Of a DNA stretch of 64,000 bases, positions 1-10,537 are shown in pieces. Under the pieces are notes generated by a model. It was not told the DNA's origin. It saw nothing but the letters and a program-made list of their open reading frames with translations, and did no database searches. Position 1 is the first letter of the stretch; the number at the start of each line of letters is the position of its first letter. This stretch comes from Gammaproteobacteria bacterium (GTDB lineage Bacteria > Pseudomonadota > Gammaproteobacteria > Eutrophobiales > Eutrophobiaceae). The stretch spans positions 160,001-224,000 of the forward strand of contig OZ250183.1 in NCBI GenBank assembly GCA_965238225.1. Reading direction: 5' to 3'. The position numbers and the translations under genes were made by a program.

Positions 1-100
1 AGGCACTATATATTGCAAAATTATGCTAAAAAATTTCGTGAAGCCCAAACCATTAATAACAATTAAATAATTTTTAGCTTAGCATGAGAATCTAATCAAC

Positions 101-1159
101 ATGGATATCACACCTTACCTTAAATTAATGGCTGATAAAAATGCCTCTGATTTATTTATCACTGCAAATTCTACAGTAAAAATTAAACTTGAAGGGCAAA
201 TAGTTTCTGTTGGTGAAACAATCTTAACTGGCGAAGTTTGCAAGACGGCCGCTTACAAAATCATGAACGATAAACAGAAGAGTATCTTTGAAGAAACTCT
301 GGAATGCGATTTTGCCGTAGATATTGAAGATGGATCAGCAAGATTTCGTGTTAATATTTTTCGCCAAAAAGGCGAAATAAGTATGGTGTTTCGCTTTATT
401 CCTGTGGAAATACCGACCATCGATGATATGGATCTACCCAAAACCATGAAGGATATTATCGGGCATAACAGAGGCTTGGTTTTAGTAGTGGGTAGATCTG
501 GATCAGGCAAATCAACGACACTTGCAGCCATGATTAATCACAGAAACCAAAATATGGCAGGGCATATATTGTCGATTGAAGATCCGATCGAATTTAGACA
601 TCCTAACCTCAAATCAATCTTGAGCCAACGTGAAATTGGTGTTGATACGCTCTCCTACAGAAATGCCCTGAGATCTGCTATGCGAGAAGCTCCTGATGTA
701 ATTTTTATAGGTGAAATTCGTGATCGCGAGACCACGGATGCCGCTATAGCGCTAGCTAATACAGGACATTTGGCAATTTCAACATTACATGCGAACAATT
801 CTAGCCAAGCACTGGAACGTATGATTAATATGTTCCCTGAGATCGCACATAAACAATTATTTGCGGATCTGTCTTTAAACCTACGATCTATTATTGCCCT
901 AAGACTTGTCATGGGTGTCAATGGGAAACGCTGTATGGCCTGTGAAATTCTGATAAATACATCACACATTGCTGCCTTGATTCTAAAAGGCGATATAGAT
1001 GAAGTAAAAGAAACAATGGGGAAAAGCAGCCAAGGAGGCATGCAAACATTTGATGAGGTGCTTCTCAATTTATACAAAAAAAACCGTATCGAATTTGATG
1101 AAGCATTGAACAATTCTGATTCTCGGACAAACCTCGAAGCCAAGATTAATTTTAGTTAA
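101..1159 (+). CDS. pilU: Type IV pilus retraction ATPase, PilT/PilU family (PilU-like)
   Basis: ASDLFIT N-terminus, Walker A GRSGSGKST, SIEDPIEF, AMREAPDVIFIGEIRD, TGHLAISTLHANN, GMQTFD. Confidence 0.88.
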   Translation: MDITPYLKLMADKNASDLFITANSTVKIKLEGQIVSVGETILTGEVCKTAAYKIMNDKQKSIFEETLECDFAVDIEDGSARFRVNIFRQKGEISMVFRFIPVEIPTIDDMDLPKTMKDIIGHNRGLVLVVGRSGSGKSTTLAAMINHRNQNMAGHILSIEDPIEFRHPNLKSILSQREIGVDTLSYRNALRSAMREAPDVIFIGEIRDRETTDAAIALANTGHLAISTLHANNSSQALERMINMFPEIAHKQLFADLSLNLRSIIALRLVMGVNGKRCMACEILINTSHIAALILKGDIDEVKETMGKSSQGGMQTFDEVLLNLYKKNRIEFDEALNNSDSRTNLEAKINFS

Positions 1160-1198
1160 GCCTGCTGTTGCAAAACAAGTATAAATCCGAATAATTCA

Positions 1199-2086
1199 TT
1201 ATTGGGGTTGTGGGAATATCGATGCAGCTTCGAACACAGGGCCATCGACACAAACACGCTTCATACTGATCTCTTGTTCTGTTTTGACAAGTACCGTGCA
1301 ACCGGCGCAACCACCGACGGCACATGCCATATATTCTTCGAGTGATATCTGACATGCAAGATTATAATGATGAGCCATTTGACCGACTGCCTTGAGCATA
1401 GAACTTGGTCCGCAGCTAAATATTTCAACTTCACTGAGCGTTTCTTTATCAAGAGAATCAAGCCAGTATCTGGCCAAATCTACTACATAACCATAATAAA
1501 CACCGGCATAACCACGAAAACTTGTTAATCTGCTCGGTATACCCCAGTCTTCCAGTAAAGGCATTGATGCAGTCACCCCTTCGGGGAGACCATCAAGCAT
1601 GATTTGTGATGGCTTTGCTGTAAACGGGAATGGGACTTCAGAACCCATAATGACAAAGGGCTTGATATTTTTGCTTGTCTTTTTTATATGTTCGGAAAGA
1701 AAAATCATGGGCGGGATGCCTACCCCTCCCCCAAGCAATAATGGATATTTTTTATATTGATCAAGTTTGAATGGCATACCTATCGGACCAATCAGATCAA
1801 TACGCTCACCAACATTGCGTGTGCTCAGTCTAGTGGTTCCAATCCCGTGCACCTTGTACAGAAAATCTATCCATCCTGCTTTTTTGTCAGCGCGCATAAT
1901 GGACATAGGTCGGCGCATCGGCAGATTATTATCGCATTTTATATGTATGAATTTTCCTGGCGCAGCCAGTGATGCCGTTAATGGTGCTTGCAGGCGCATA
2001 TAATATTGGTCACCTTCAAAAGCAGTATGATCAAGCAGTTTAGCCTGTTCCAAGTGCAAAGTGCTACGTGATTCGGGATGTTTCAT
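1199..2086 (-). CDS. pyrK: Dihydroorotate dehydrogenase electron transfer subunit (PyrK-like, FAD/2Fe-2S)
   Basis: RRPMS FAD motif, GGGVGIPP, FSCGP, EEYMACAVGGCAGC...RVCVDGPVF 2Fe-2S motif; last gene of the pyr cluster. Confidence 0.85.
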   Translation of the reverse strand: MKHPESRSTLHLEQAKLLDHTAFEGDQYYMRLQAPLTASLAAPGKFIHIKCDNNLPMRRPMSIMRADKKAGWIDFLYKVHGIGTTRLSTRNVGERIDLIGPIGMPFKLDQYKKYPLLLGGGVGIPPMIFLSEHIKKTSKNIKPFVIMGSEVPFPFTAKPSQIMLDGLPEGVTASMPLLEDWGIPSRLTSFRGYAGVYYGYVVDLARYWLDSLDKETLSEVEIFSCGPSSMLKAVGQMAHHYNLACQISLEEYMACAVGGCAGCTVLVKTEQEISMKRVCVDGPVFEAASIFPQPQ

Positions 2087-2124
2087 TAACTTGGCGTGAT
2101 TTCTGGAGATGATGATTTAAGATA

Positions 2125-3399
2125 TTAAAATTGATAAATGATATTGCCATCAACCAGAGTATGCGTGACTCTGCCTGTTATTTCCCACTCAGCAAAAGGT
2201 GTGTTTTTCCCCGCACTCAGGAGCGCATCTCTTGCCACTTCCCATGATGATTCGGGATCAAATATACAAATATCAGCACGAGAACCAACAGAGAGATTAC
2301 CTGCATCTAATCCTGCGATTTTAGCTGGTGCTGATGTGACAGCGGCCACAGCTTGCTGAAGTGTCAGGCTCTTGTCCCTAACTAATTGCAAAACAAGCGG
2401 CAAAAGGATTTCAATTGTTGAGGCGCCAGGCTCGCTCATGCTAAAGGGCGCTGACTTGGCATCTGACTCATGAGGCTGATGATCAGAACAAATAGCTGTA
2501 ATAGTCCCATTCGCCAGACCTCTGCGCAGCCCTTCCTTGTCTCGTTGACTCCTAAACGGGGGCAAAACATAACAATTCGTATTGAATGAGCTTATATCCA
2601 TGTCCGTAAGGTGAAGATGCGCGATACCGACATCGGCAGTGACATCAAGATCACGTGCACGGGCTTCTGCAAGCAAATCAATACTTCGTGCCGTTGAAAT
2701 TCTGCAAAAATGTACATGTGCACCCGTTTGTTCGACCAACAGTAAGGCACGGCTTAAGGCAATAGTCTCCGCTGTTTCCGGAATAGCTGGCAACCCTAAC
2801 CTAGTACTAACAGGCCCTTCATGTGCAACACCATTGTTGCTCAGATAATCATCTTCGCAATAAAGATGTACCGTAATATCGCAGGTCGCAGCGTATTCAA
2901 ATGCCCGTCTTAATACTTCTGTGTCAATAATCGGCGCATAAGCATTACTTACACCTACGCAGCCAGCGTTTTTTAAAGCATCCATTTCAGCCAGCGTCTT
3001 TCCTTGCAAGCCATATGTCAGTGCACCCAAAGGAAAAACCTTTGCTTGCTGACTGTTTAATGAATGCTGAAAAATCAATTCGGCAACTGCAGGTGTATCT
3101 ATGACTGGAATAGTATCTGGAGGGCAACAGATAGAAGTGATGCCGGATGATGCTGCTGCTGCTGTTTCTGAAGCAATGGTCGCCTTATGCTCTTCTCCGG
3201 GCTCACGAAGGCGTGCGCAAAGATCAACAAGCCCTGGACAAACAATTTGACCAGTAGCATTGATTTCCTGTTCGCCCTTAAACCCTTTGGGAGGTTTATT
3301 AATGCCGATGACAATTCCTTCGTCAATAAACAGATCTCCTGTTTGATCAATATTATTTTCTGGGTCAATAATGCGACCATTGCTTATTTTCAATCGCAT
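2125..3399 (-). CDS. pyrC: Dihydroorotase-like protein (PyrC'-type, associated with PyrB)
   Basis: PGLVDLCARLREPG (the metal-binding HxH is replaced by CAR, as in inactive PyrC' proteins), ICSDHQPH, SAGKNTPF; abuts pyrB. Confidence 0.85.
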   Translation of the reverse strand: MRLKISNGRIIDPENNIDQTGDLFIDEGIVIGINKPPKGFKGEQEINATGQIVCPGLVDLCARLREPGEEHKATIASETAAAASSGITSICCPPDTIPVIDTPAVAELIFQHSLNSQQAKVFPLGALTYGLQGKTLAEMDALKNAGCVGVSNAYAPIIDTEVLRRAFEYAATCDITVHLYCEDDYLSNNGVAHEGPVSTRLGLPAIPETAETIALSRALLLVEQTGAHVHFCRISTARSIDLLAEARARDLDVTADVGIAHLHLTDMDISSFNTNCYVLPPFRSQRDKEGLRRGLANGTITAICSDHQPHESDAKSAPFSMSEPGASTIEILLPLVLQLVRDKSLTLQQAVAAVTSAPAKIAGLDAGNLSVGSRADICIFDPESSWEVARDALLSAGKNTPFAEWEITGRVTHTLVDGNIIYQF

Positions 3400-4397
3400 T
3401 ATGCACCCCCCTCTTGACCGCTCGTATTTTGATTTTCCGGAGATTGATTGCCCATTGTCATGACCATAATCGCCATACGCACTGCAATACCATAACTTAC
3501 CTGCTGTAATATCACTGAACGTTTGCCGTCTGCAATACTTGATTCGATTTCTATGCCTCTGTTAATAGGGCCCGGATGCATAACAATTGCATCTGTTTTG
3601 GCGAGCGCTAATTTCTTCTCATTCAAACCATAGCGATTGAAGTATTCATGCTCACTGGGCAAAAGTGCACTACACATACGTTCTCGTTGTAAACGTAACA
3701 TCATGACGACATCTACATCTTTCATACCTTCATTCATATTATGATATGCGTGTGCACCAAGGCTGCTAATATCGCTAGGGATTAGGGTTCTAGGTCCAAT
3801 CACTCTGATTTCCTGCACACCAAGAATACTTAAGGCATGAATTTCTGAGCGCGCGACTCTCGAATGTAATATATCGCCAATAATGGCAACCTTGAGTTTA
3901 GTAAAATCAGGTTTGTGTTTGCGGATGGTAAACATATCCAACATCGCCTGCGTAGGATGGGAATGACGACCATCACCACCGTTAATGACACGGATATGTG
4001 GCGCGACCTTTGAGGCAATGAAATGTGCCGCACCACTATTGGCATGACGAATGATAAACATATCACAGTGCATAGCTTCCAGTGTTTGCAATGTATCAGT
4101 AAGGGTTTCGCCTTTTTTGGTTGCTGAACTGAGAATATTGAGATTCAGCACATCAGCGGATAGTCTTTTCGCAGCCAGTTCAAATGTTGTTCGCGTGCGA
4201 GTACTCGGCTCAAAAAATAGATTGGCAATTGTTTTGCCGCGTAATAAGGGGACTTTTTTTACGGCACGTTCACTGACAGTAACGAATGATTCGGCATAAT
4301 CAAGAATTTCAAAAATCAGGGAACGGTCAATACCTTCTATGGTAAGAAAATGTTTAAGTCGGCCTTTAGCGTCGAGTTGAATATTGTTGCCTGTCAT
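3399..4397 (-). CDS. pyrB: Aspartate carbamoyltransferase catalytic subunit
   Basis: [41 protein letters not shown]. Confidence 0.96.
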   Translation of the reverse strand: MTGNNIQLDAKGRLKHFLTIEGIDRSLIFEILDYAESFVTVSERAVKKVPLLRGKTIANLFFEPSTRTRTTFELAAKRLSADVLNLNILSSATKKGETLTDTLQTLEAMHCDMFIIRHANSGAAHFIASKVAPHIRVINGGDGRHSHPTQAMLDMFTIRKHKPDFTKLKVAIIGDILHSRVARSEIHALSILGVQEIRVIGPRTLIPSDISSLGAHAYHNMNEGMKDVDVVMMLRLQRERMCSALLPSEHEYFNRYGLNEKKLALAKTDAIVMHPGPINRGIEIESSIADGKRSVILQQVSYGIAVRMAIMVMTMGNQSPENQNTSGQEGGA

Positions 4398-4921
4398 TCC
4401 GTTCTGGTTATTTCCAGAGTCAGATCCTCATAATTATCGCCTGTAAGATTTCCTGAGGCGCAGAGTTTAACATGTTCTTTAGACTTGAGCGCTAAGCTCT
4501 TGCCAATAAAATCTGCCTGTACAGGAAGTTCATGTGCACCGCGGTCAACAAGAACAGCCAAACGGACGCTGGCAGGACGCCCATAATCAAAAATTTCGTT
4601 TAATGCTGCACGTATTGTTCTGCCAGAATGTAGCACATCATCTACCAATAAAATGTGTTTGTCTTCAACAGTAAAAGGTAGTTTTGAAGGAGTGACTTGC
4701 GGATGGGTGCCAATACGACTGAAGTCATCGCGATAAAAAGCGATATTGAGCTTACCTAAGGGTTGTTGAAGGTCTAGCCTCTCGTGTAGCCTTTCTGCAA
4801 TCCACACACCGCCTGTGTGAATCCCAATCATCAATAGTTCATGCAACTCTTGCGTTGTTATTGTGGCTTTTATCTCAGCGAATATTGCATCAATATATTG
4901 ATCAACGTCTGTCATATTCAC
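4394..4921 (-). CDS. pyrR: Bifunctional pyr regulator / uracil phosphoribosyltransferase
   Basis: GIHTGG, FYRDDF, PRPP-binding motif [30 protein letters not shown]. Confidence 0.93.
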   Translation of the reverse strand: MNMTDVDQYIDAIFAEIKATITTQELHELLMIGIHTGGVWIAERLHERLDLQQPLGKLNIAFYRDDFSRIGTHPQVTPSKLPFTVEDKHILLVDDVLHSGRTIRAALNEIFDYGRPASVRLAVLVDRGAHELPVQADFIGKSLALKSKEHVKLCASGNLTGDNYEDLTLEITRTE

Positions 4922-4982
4922 TCATACTCTATTTTGGCGTTTTTCATTGCATACAGCTTTTGATGGGCAATCCTATCACGAT

Positions 4983-5378
4983 TCATGCTTTTTTATTATG
5001 GTTCTCAGAAAACCATGTTTCAAGAATAGCTTGTGCCGCAACAGGATCTAGGTCAGCTGTTTTACCTGTGCGTTGCATTGCTTCAAATGAAGATAAACGC
5101 TCATCAATACCATACACTGGCAAGCAAAAACGTCCACGTAATTGACGCATAAATTTTTCAGCGGCAACGGTCATCTCCTGAACTTCATCCATCATGTTAA
5201 GTGGCAAACCAACCACAAGAGCATCGGGCTGCCATTCTTTTATTAACTGTTCGATATCATTCCAGTTAGGTTTATTATTTATATTTTTAACCGTTTTGAG
5301 TGGATTTGCAGTTTTAGTAATAGATTGGCCTACCGCGACACCTATACGCTTAGTACCGAAGTCAAAACACAGAAGCAT
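4983..5378 (-). CDS. ruvX: Holliday junction resolvase-like / pre-16S rRNA nuclease RuvX (YqgF)
   Basis: FDFGTKRIGVAVG, VVGLPLNM, DERLSSFEA, DPVAAQAILE. Start placed at ATG 5378; the exact start is uncertain. Confidence 0.92.
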   Translation of the reverse strand: MLLCFDFGTKRIGVAVGQSITKTANPLKTVKNINNKPNWNDIEQLIKEWQPDALVVGLPLNMMDEVQEMTVAAEKFMRQLRGRFCLPVYGIDERLSSFEAMQRTGKTADLDPVAAQAILETWFSENHNKKA

Positions 5379-5385
5379 ATTTATT

Positions 5386-5506
5386 TCACACGTGTCTAAC
5401 ATCATCTGATGTGTTTGCCTATGTTGATACCAAAAAGAATGGTCGAAGATATAAATATTACTCTACTTGTGTAACGAAGATAGCGCGTAAAATTCATTGA
5501 ACCCAT
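5386..5506 (-). pseudogene. yqgE: Remnant of yqgE/algH with a large internal deletion and a frameshift
   Basis: Minus strand reads ILFGINI/(frameshift)ANTSDDVRHV* ending at 5386, resembling the YqgE C-terminus (..LGID.....S...GHA*), and MGSMNFTRYL from 5506. It occupies the usual yqgE position between tonB and ruvX. Confidence 0.6.
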
Positions 5507-5550
5507 ACGCTTAGTATCTTTAACTACGAGGCAAACTACAAGCAAGAATT

Positions 5551-6507
5551 TTATTGGTAACTTAAGGAATGATTAGAGAATTTCCAAGTACGTATAATGT
5601 GCAGTATATCTGTTTCCTCACGAATCTGGTCTGGAAATGGAGAATAGGGCGAAGCAAGTTTGACGATGCGTATAGCAGCGTCATCCAACACTTGATGCCC
5701 TGAAGACTTCACTATAGTGATTTGTTCGATTGAACCGTCACTGTTTAAAGAGACATCGAGACTTAACTTGCCTGACAATTTATCTCTGCGAGCAGCCTCT
5801 GGATAATTCAGATTTCCTACCCGCTCTACCTTGGTTCGCCACGCTTCCATATAGGAAGCATATTTATATTCTTTGGTGGTGGCAGAAATATATTTTCTTC
5901 TTGGCCGCTCGGATTTATCTTGAAGTTTACGTTCTAACTGGGCACTTAAGGAGGCGATTTTGAAGCTATTCATCATCATCTCTATTGCGCTCGGTGTCGG
6001 CGGTAATTCTGGTTTCTCCGGAAGTTGTTCGGTTAATTTTTCAAATGGTTTAACTGCCTTATCCTTGACATCAATTGTTTCTACCAGTTTTTGTTTGGCT
6101 TCACTAGACTCAATAACTATTTGTTCTACAGCTTCCGCAGGTTCTGTTTCCATATCAGCGACAATTTCTGGTGCGTTGGCTGCAGATGCGGCAGGGCGTT
6201 GTGATGATGCAGCAATTTTGGGTTGCTCATCTGGAAATGGTGCAGGAAACGGCGTTGAAGGATTTTCTGATTCCGACACATTGCCACCGCCTTGAAGATT
6301 TGCCTGTGCAAGGATTTTTGCATCTTCAGGGGCTTTGCTTTCTTTTGGGACGATAGTCATTTTCATCAACTGATACCTGGATTTAGGTATTTCTTCTGGG
6401 GCAAATACGACACCTAATACAAAAATGCCATGTGCCATAACAGCGAGACAGAATGTCAGGCCAAAACGATCTGTCGGCGTTATTAATGGCTTAATTGTTA
6501 CCGCCAA
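5551..6507 (-). CDS. TonB family energy transducer (TonB C-terminal domain)
   Basis: N-terminal TM anchor with His (LAVMAHGIFVLG), Pro/Glu-rich linker, C-terminal YMEAWRTKVERVGNLNYPEAARR...SSGHQVLDDAAIRIV; gshB-tonB synteny. Confidence 0.85.
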   Translation of the reverse strand: MAVTIKPLITPTDRFGLTFCLAVMAHGIFVLGVVFAPEEIPKSRYQLMKMTIVPKESKAPEDAKILAQANLQGGGNVSESENPSTPFPAPFPDEQPKIAASSQRPAASAANAPEIVADMETEPAEAVEQIVIESSEAKQKLVETIDVKDKAVKPFEKLTEQLPEKPELPPTPSAIEMMMNSFKIASLSAQLERKLQDKSERPRRKYISATTKEYKYASYMEAWRTKVERVGNLNYPEAARRDKLSGKLSLDVSLNSDGSIEQITIVKSSGHQVLDDAAIRIVKLASPYSPFPDQIREETDILHIIRTWKFSNHSLSYQ

Positions 6508-6563
6508 TACGTCAGTTTCCTGTCAACACTTCAAAATTAAACAAATATTTAATAATGTACAGA

Positions 6564-7505
6564 TTACAAAAGCTGTTTTTCAATAGCATCCATTAAATTA
6601 CCCGCAATATTGAGATTATATATTGTATCAAGTTCTCTGATACAGGTTGGGCTGGTGACATTAATTTCAGTCAAGTAATCGCCAATCACATCAATGCCGA
6701 CAAACAACAGACCCTTGTCTTTCAAAACAGGTGCCAATTGTTCGCATATCCATCTATCTCTGCTAGTCAACTCAACACCTTGAGCTCGCCCGCCTGCCGC
6801 TAGATTCCCGCGGATCTCGCCTTCTTTTGGAATACGAGCCAATGCATAGGGGACGGGTTCTCCATTTATCATCAAGATGCGTTTATCCCCATAGACGATT
6901 TCCGGAATAAATTTCTGAGCCATAACATGCTTAGCACCGTTTTTTGTCAGAGTCTCAATAATAACATTGGTGTTTTGATCAAAGTACTGAATTCTGAATA
7001 TCGAAACCCCGCCCATACCATCCAAAGGCTTAAGAATGATATCGCGATGCTCATCCAGAAATGCCAGAATATGCTCTGATTTTCTGGCTACCAGTGTTGG
7101 TGTCGTACATTGTGGAAACCAACTGACGAACAATTTTTCATTGGCATCACGCAAAGACGCAGGATCATTGACAACCAAAGTACCTTGCCTATGTGCCAAC
7201 TCCAGCAGATAAGTTGAATATATATACTCCATATTAAAAGGCGGATTTTTACGCATGAGAATAATGTCAAAATCGAACAATGATAGCGTCCCTGCATCAT
7301 GAAACTGATACCACTCGGAAATTTTATCTTCCACGGTCATTTTATGAATCGTCGCACTTGGAATATCGTTAACAAGAAACAGATCGTCTGCTTCCATGTA
7401 ATAAATATCCCAGCCTCTAGCTTGTGCCTCAAGCAGCATGGCAAATGAGCTGTCTTTTGTAATATTTATCCCGCTAATGGGATCCATGATTATTCCTAAT
7501 TTCAT
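6564..7505 (-). CDS. gshB: Glutathione synthetase
   Basis: MDPISGINITKDSS, LMRKNPPF, ANEK, KPLDGMGG, RGNLAAGG, EINVTSPTC. Confidence 0.96.
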   Translation of the reverse strand: MKLGIIMDPISGINITKDSSFAMLLEAQARGWDIYYMEADDLFLVNDIPSATIHKMTVEDKISEWYQFHDAGTLSLFDFDIILMRKNPPFNMEYIYSTYLLELAHRQGTLVVNDPASLRDANEKLFVSWFPQCTTPTLVARKSEHILAFLDEHRDIILKPLDGMGGVSIFRIQYFDQNTNVIIETLTKNGAKHVMAQKFIPEIVYGDKRILMINGEPVPYALARIPKEGEIRGNLAAGGRAQGVELTSRDRWICEQLAPVLKDKGLLFVGIDVIGDYLTEINVTSPTCIRELDTIYNLNIAGNLMDAIEKQLL

Positions 7506-7626
7506 AATTTTGTTTTTATCGTTTTTCTGTGCACTTATTTTTTAATAGTTTCAGACATTATAGAAGTCTATGCCAGAAAACATATGCCATAATAACACTA
7601 CCAATCATTGTTGAGCCTAGGAAAAT

Positions 7627-8592
7627 ATGTCTTTAAAAAAGAGCGCGGAACCCAGCTTAAGAAGTATAAGGATTGCAACTCGGAAAAGCCCGCTGGCATT
7701 GTGGCAAGCGGAGCATGTGAGAACCCAACTGCAACAATATCACCCTCAACTTGAAATCGAACTGGTGTGCATACAGACACAGGGTGATCGAATATTGGAT
7801 ACACCTTTGCTATTGGCTGGCGGCAAAGGCTTATTTATTAAAGATCTTGAACAGACCTTGTACGAACATGAAGCGGATATTGCTGTGCACTCAATGAAAG
7901 ACGTGACCATTGATATGGCAGATGGATTGCAATTACCTGTGATTTTAAAACGTACAAATCCACATGATGCATTTATCTCGGCAAAATTCAAAAGAATGGG
8001 TGATTTACCTCAAGGGGCAATTGTTGGCACATCCAGTTTACGCAGAAAATGTCAGTTGCTGGCGTGGCGTGGCGATCTGAATATCAAAGATCTTCGTGGG
8101 AATGTTGGCACGCGTCTAAAGAAACTTGATGACGGGAAATACGATGCCATTATTCTTGCAGCGGCAGGTATGGCGCGATTAGGTCTTGAAGATCGTATAA
8201 GTGAAATTATTGCAACAGATATCATCTTGCCTGCTATTGGTCAGGGTGCAATCGGAATACAAATGAGAACAGAGGACTATGATATTCTGAGAAAGATTTG
8301 TTTGCTCAATGATGAAACAACCCAAAAACAAGTTGAGACAGAACGCATCGTCAGTAGACATTTATTTGGCGGCTGTCAGTTACCTATCGCGGTCTATTCT
8401 GATATCTATCAAGAAAAGATCGGACAGAAAAATATTACAATAACTGGCATGGTTGGACGTGTAGACGGTAGTGAGATTATTAAGGACTCAATAAATGGGG
8501 ATTTAAAAGATAGAGAAACTCTGGGATTACAGCTTGCTGAAACATTATTAGAAAATGGTGCCAAGGAAATACTCAAAGAATATTTAACATGA
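7627..8592 (+). CDS. hemC: Porphobilinogen deaminase (hydroxymethylbilane synthase)
   Basis: IATRKSPLALWQA, GGKGLFIK, AVHSMKD, GTSSLRR, RGNVGTRL, GGCQLPI. Confidence 0.96.
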   Translation: MSLKKSAEPSLRSIRIATRKSPLALWQAEHVRTQLQQYHPQLEIELVCIQTQGDRILDTPLLLAGGKGLFIKDLEQTLYEHEADIAVHSMKDVTIDMADGLQLPVILKRTNPHDAFISAKFKRMGDLPQGAIVGTSSLRRKCQLLAWRGDLNIKDLRGNVGTRLKKLDDGKYDAIILAAAGMARLGLEDRISEIIATDIILPAIGQGAIGIQMRTEDYDILRKICLLNDETTQKQVETERIVSRHLFGGCQLPIAVYSDIYQEKIGQKNITITGMVGRVDGSEIIKDSINGDLKDRETLGLQLAETLLENGAKEILKEYLT

Positions 8593-8646
8593 TCAGAATC
8601 CCATGAAAATTTTTCAAATATTAGTTATCGGCACGTTTAGTGAGAG

Positions 8647-9441
8647 ATGACTGGCGTACTTGATGGCACAAAGGTTCTTGTTACCAGGCCTAAACATCAG
8701 GCAAAAACTCTTTGTGAATTAATAGAAAATTTTGGTGGCACGGTGATTCGCTTGCCAGTTATAGAAATAAGACCAAATAAAAATAAAAAAACTACCAAAA
8801 TGGTTCTGGATAATATTTCTCAATACGATATTGGGATTTTTATTAGCAGAAATTCTGTTGAATGGACAATAAAATTGTTAGCTGAAAATGTCTCATATTT
8901 AGATAAGCTGTCTTTAATTTCTATTGGCGCAAAAACAACAGAGACGCTTAAAAAATTTTCATTCGCACGAATCGTTACAAACAGCGGAACAAACAGTGAA
9001 TCTTTGCTGGATCTAGATGTGCTAGATGCCGAAAAGATTTGTAACAAGAAAATTATTATCTTCCGTGGTGAAGGTGGGCGCGAACACCTAGCAACAACAC
9101 TAAAAAAAAGAGGTGCAAAAGTTGATTATGCAGAAATCTATCGTCGCGAATGTCCGGAATACGATAAAGGCATGATGGATAAGCTCTGGGCATCAAATAG
9201 CCCTGATGTCATTATCGTTACCAGTAATAATGCGCTGGAGAATTTATTTTCACTGCTGAATAAAAAACAGCTGGATCTTGCATTAACCAAACAATTAGTT
9301 GTTATAGGAGAGCGGATGTTGGATTTTTCAATTGAATTTGGTTTTAGAAAAACACCAATTCTTACTGAAGAAAGTAGTGATAAAAGTATACTCAACGCTA
9401 TAGTAAAATGGGCTGTCTCTAAAAACGGCTCAAAGAGGTAA
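8647..9441 (+). CDS. hemD: Uroporphyrinogen-III synthase
   Basis: VLVTRP, IFISRNSV, SIGAKT, SESLL, IFRGEGGRE, EIYRR; follows hemC. Confidence 0.9.
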   Translation: MTGVLDGTKVLVTRPKHQAKTLCELIENFGGTVIRLPVIEIRPNKNKKTTKMVLDNISQYDIGIFISRNSVEWTIKLLAENVSYLDKLSLISIGAKTTETLKKFSFARIVTNSGTNSESLLDLDVLDAEKICNKKIIIFRGEGGREHLATTLKKRGAKVDYAEIYRRECPEYDKGMMDKLWASNSPDVIIVTSNNALENLFSLLNKKQLDLALTKQLVVIGERMLDFSIEFGFRKTPILTEESSDKSILNAIVKWAVSKNGSKR

Positions 9442-9445
9442 AGCA

Positions 9446-10537
9446 ATGGTAAATGAAAACAACAAACTGACCTATGAAAATCAGGTGGCAATTCAACAAG
9501 TAGGTTCAGATAAACCTACAAAAAAAATATATCGTGGTTATTTATTTGCTTTAATTCTTCTGATTTTACTCGTAGGCATAATAGGTGGTGGTTACATACT
9601 CTGGAAAGAATTACAGGCAAACAAAGCAAGGCCAGCTACGACGGTAAATAATATACAGACACAACCCGAACTAACGAGCAAAAGTATTGCAGCCATAGAA
9701 AAAGAAATAAAAAAACTGCAGAAAAAACAAAGCGATCAGTCGGATATTCTGACATCGCTCTATCGGAATACACGAGGCGGTAACGGTAACTGGGTCATTG
9801 CCGAAATTGAATATTTGCTGGCGATTGCCATGCATAAATTGATGCTGGAAAAAGATGTCGCCTTGGCATTAGCGGCGATGGAAACTGCAGATCTCAAGCT
9901 CAGAAATCTTAGGAGTCCTAGATTGTTACCTGTAAGGAAACAACTGGCGGCAAATATGAATCAATTGCGCGCAATAAATCATACAGACATCTCAGGTATG
10001 GCTGTCTACCTAGCGCAAATGGGCGAGCTTTCTGCTCAGCTTCCGCTGAAACTTGGAATGATTAAAAAAGAAAATACAGCGATTTTATCAGATGAGAATC
10101 AACTTAATGATGAGCTTGATACTGAACCTTTGTGGAAAAGATTTCCTCGAATATTTTGGCAAGAAATAAAAAGTCTAGTTATTATCAAGCGCTCAGACGA
10201 ATTAAGACAAGCATTTCTGTTGCCTGATGAAGAATATTTTCTATATCAAAATCTAAGAATGCAGCTAGAAAACGCCAGACTATCAGTGCTACGTGCGGAT
10301 TCAGAAAACTTCAGCGCCTCTATCGTTCTTATACAATCATGGCTACGCAAATATTTTGATACTAATGATTCGGCGGTGATTAATATAATAGAAACACTGG
10401 ACAAAATGCAGATAATTGAACTTGTGCCTCAGCTGCCAGACATTAGTGCATCCATGGAAAATTTACGGACTTATCTTCGTGGTGTAACAAGTGCAACAGT
10501 GAACACACAGAATATTTCAAAAGAGCGTAACAAGTAA
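9446..10537 (+). CDS. hemX: HemX (N-terminal TM, coiled coil)
   Basis: TM helix, WVIAEIEYLL, QNLRMQLENARLS, WLRKYFD; hemCDXY order. Confidence 0.85.
   Translation: MVNENNKLTYENQVAIQQVGSDKPTKKIYRGYLFALILLILLVGIIGGGYILWKELQANKARPATTVNNIQTQPELTSKSIAAIEKEIKKLQKKQSDQSDILTSLYRNTRGGNGNWVIAEIEYLLAIAMHKLMLEKDVALALAAMETADLKLRNLRSPRLLPVRKQLAANMNQLRAINHTDISGMAVYLAQMGELSAQLPLKLGMIKKENTAILSDENQLNDELDTEPLWKRFPRIFWQEIKSLVIIKRSDELRQAFLLPDEEYFLYQNLRMQLENARLSVLRADSENFSASIVLIQSWLRKYFDTNDSAVINIIETLDKMQIIELVPQLPDISASMENLRTYLRGVTSATVNTQNISKERNK

Noticed and set aside
2125-3399. Loss of metal-binding histidines in the dihydroorotase as a sign of decay
   Set aside because: This is the known pattern of inactive PyrC' subunits that scaffold PyrB.
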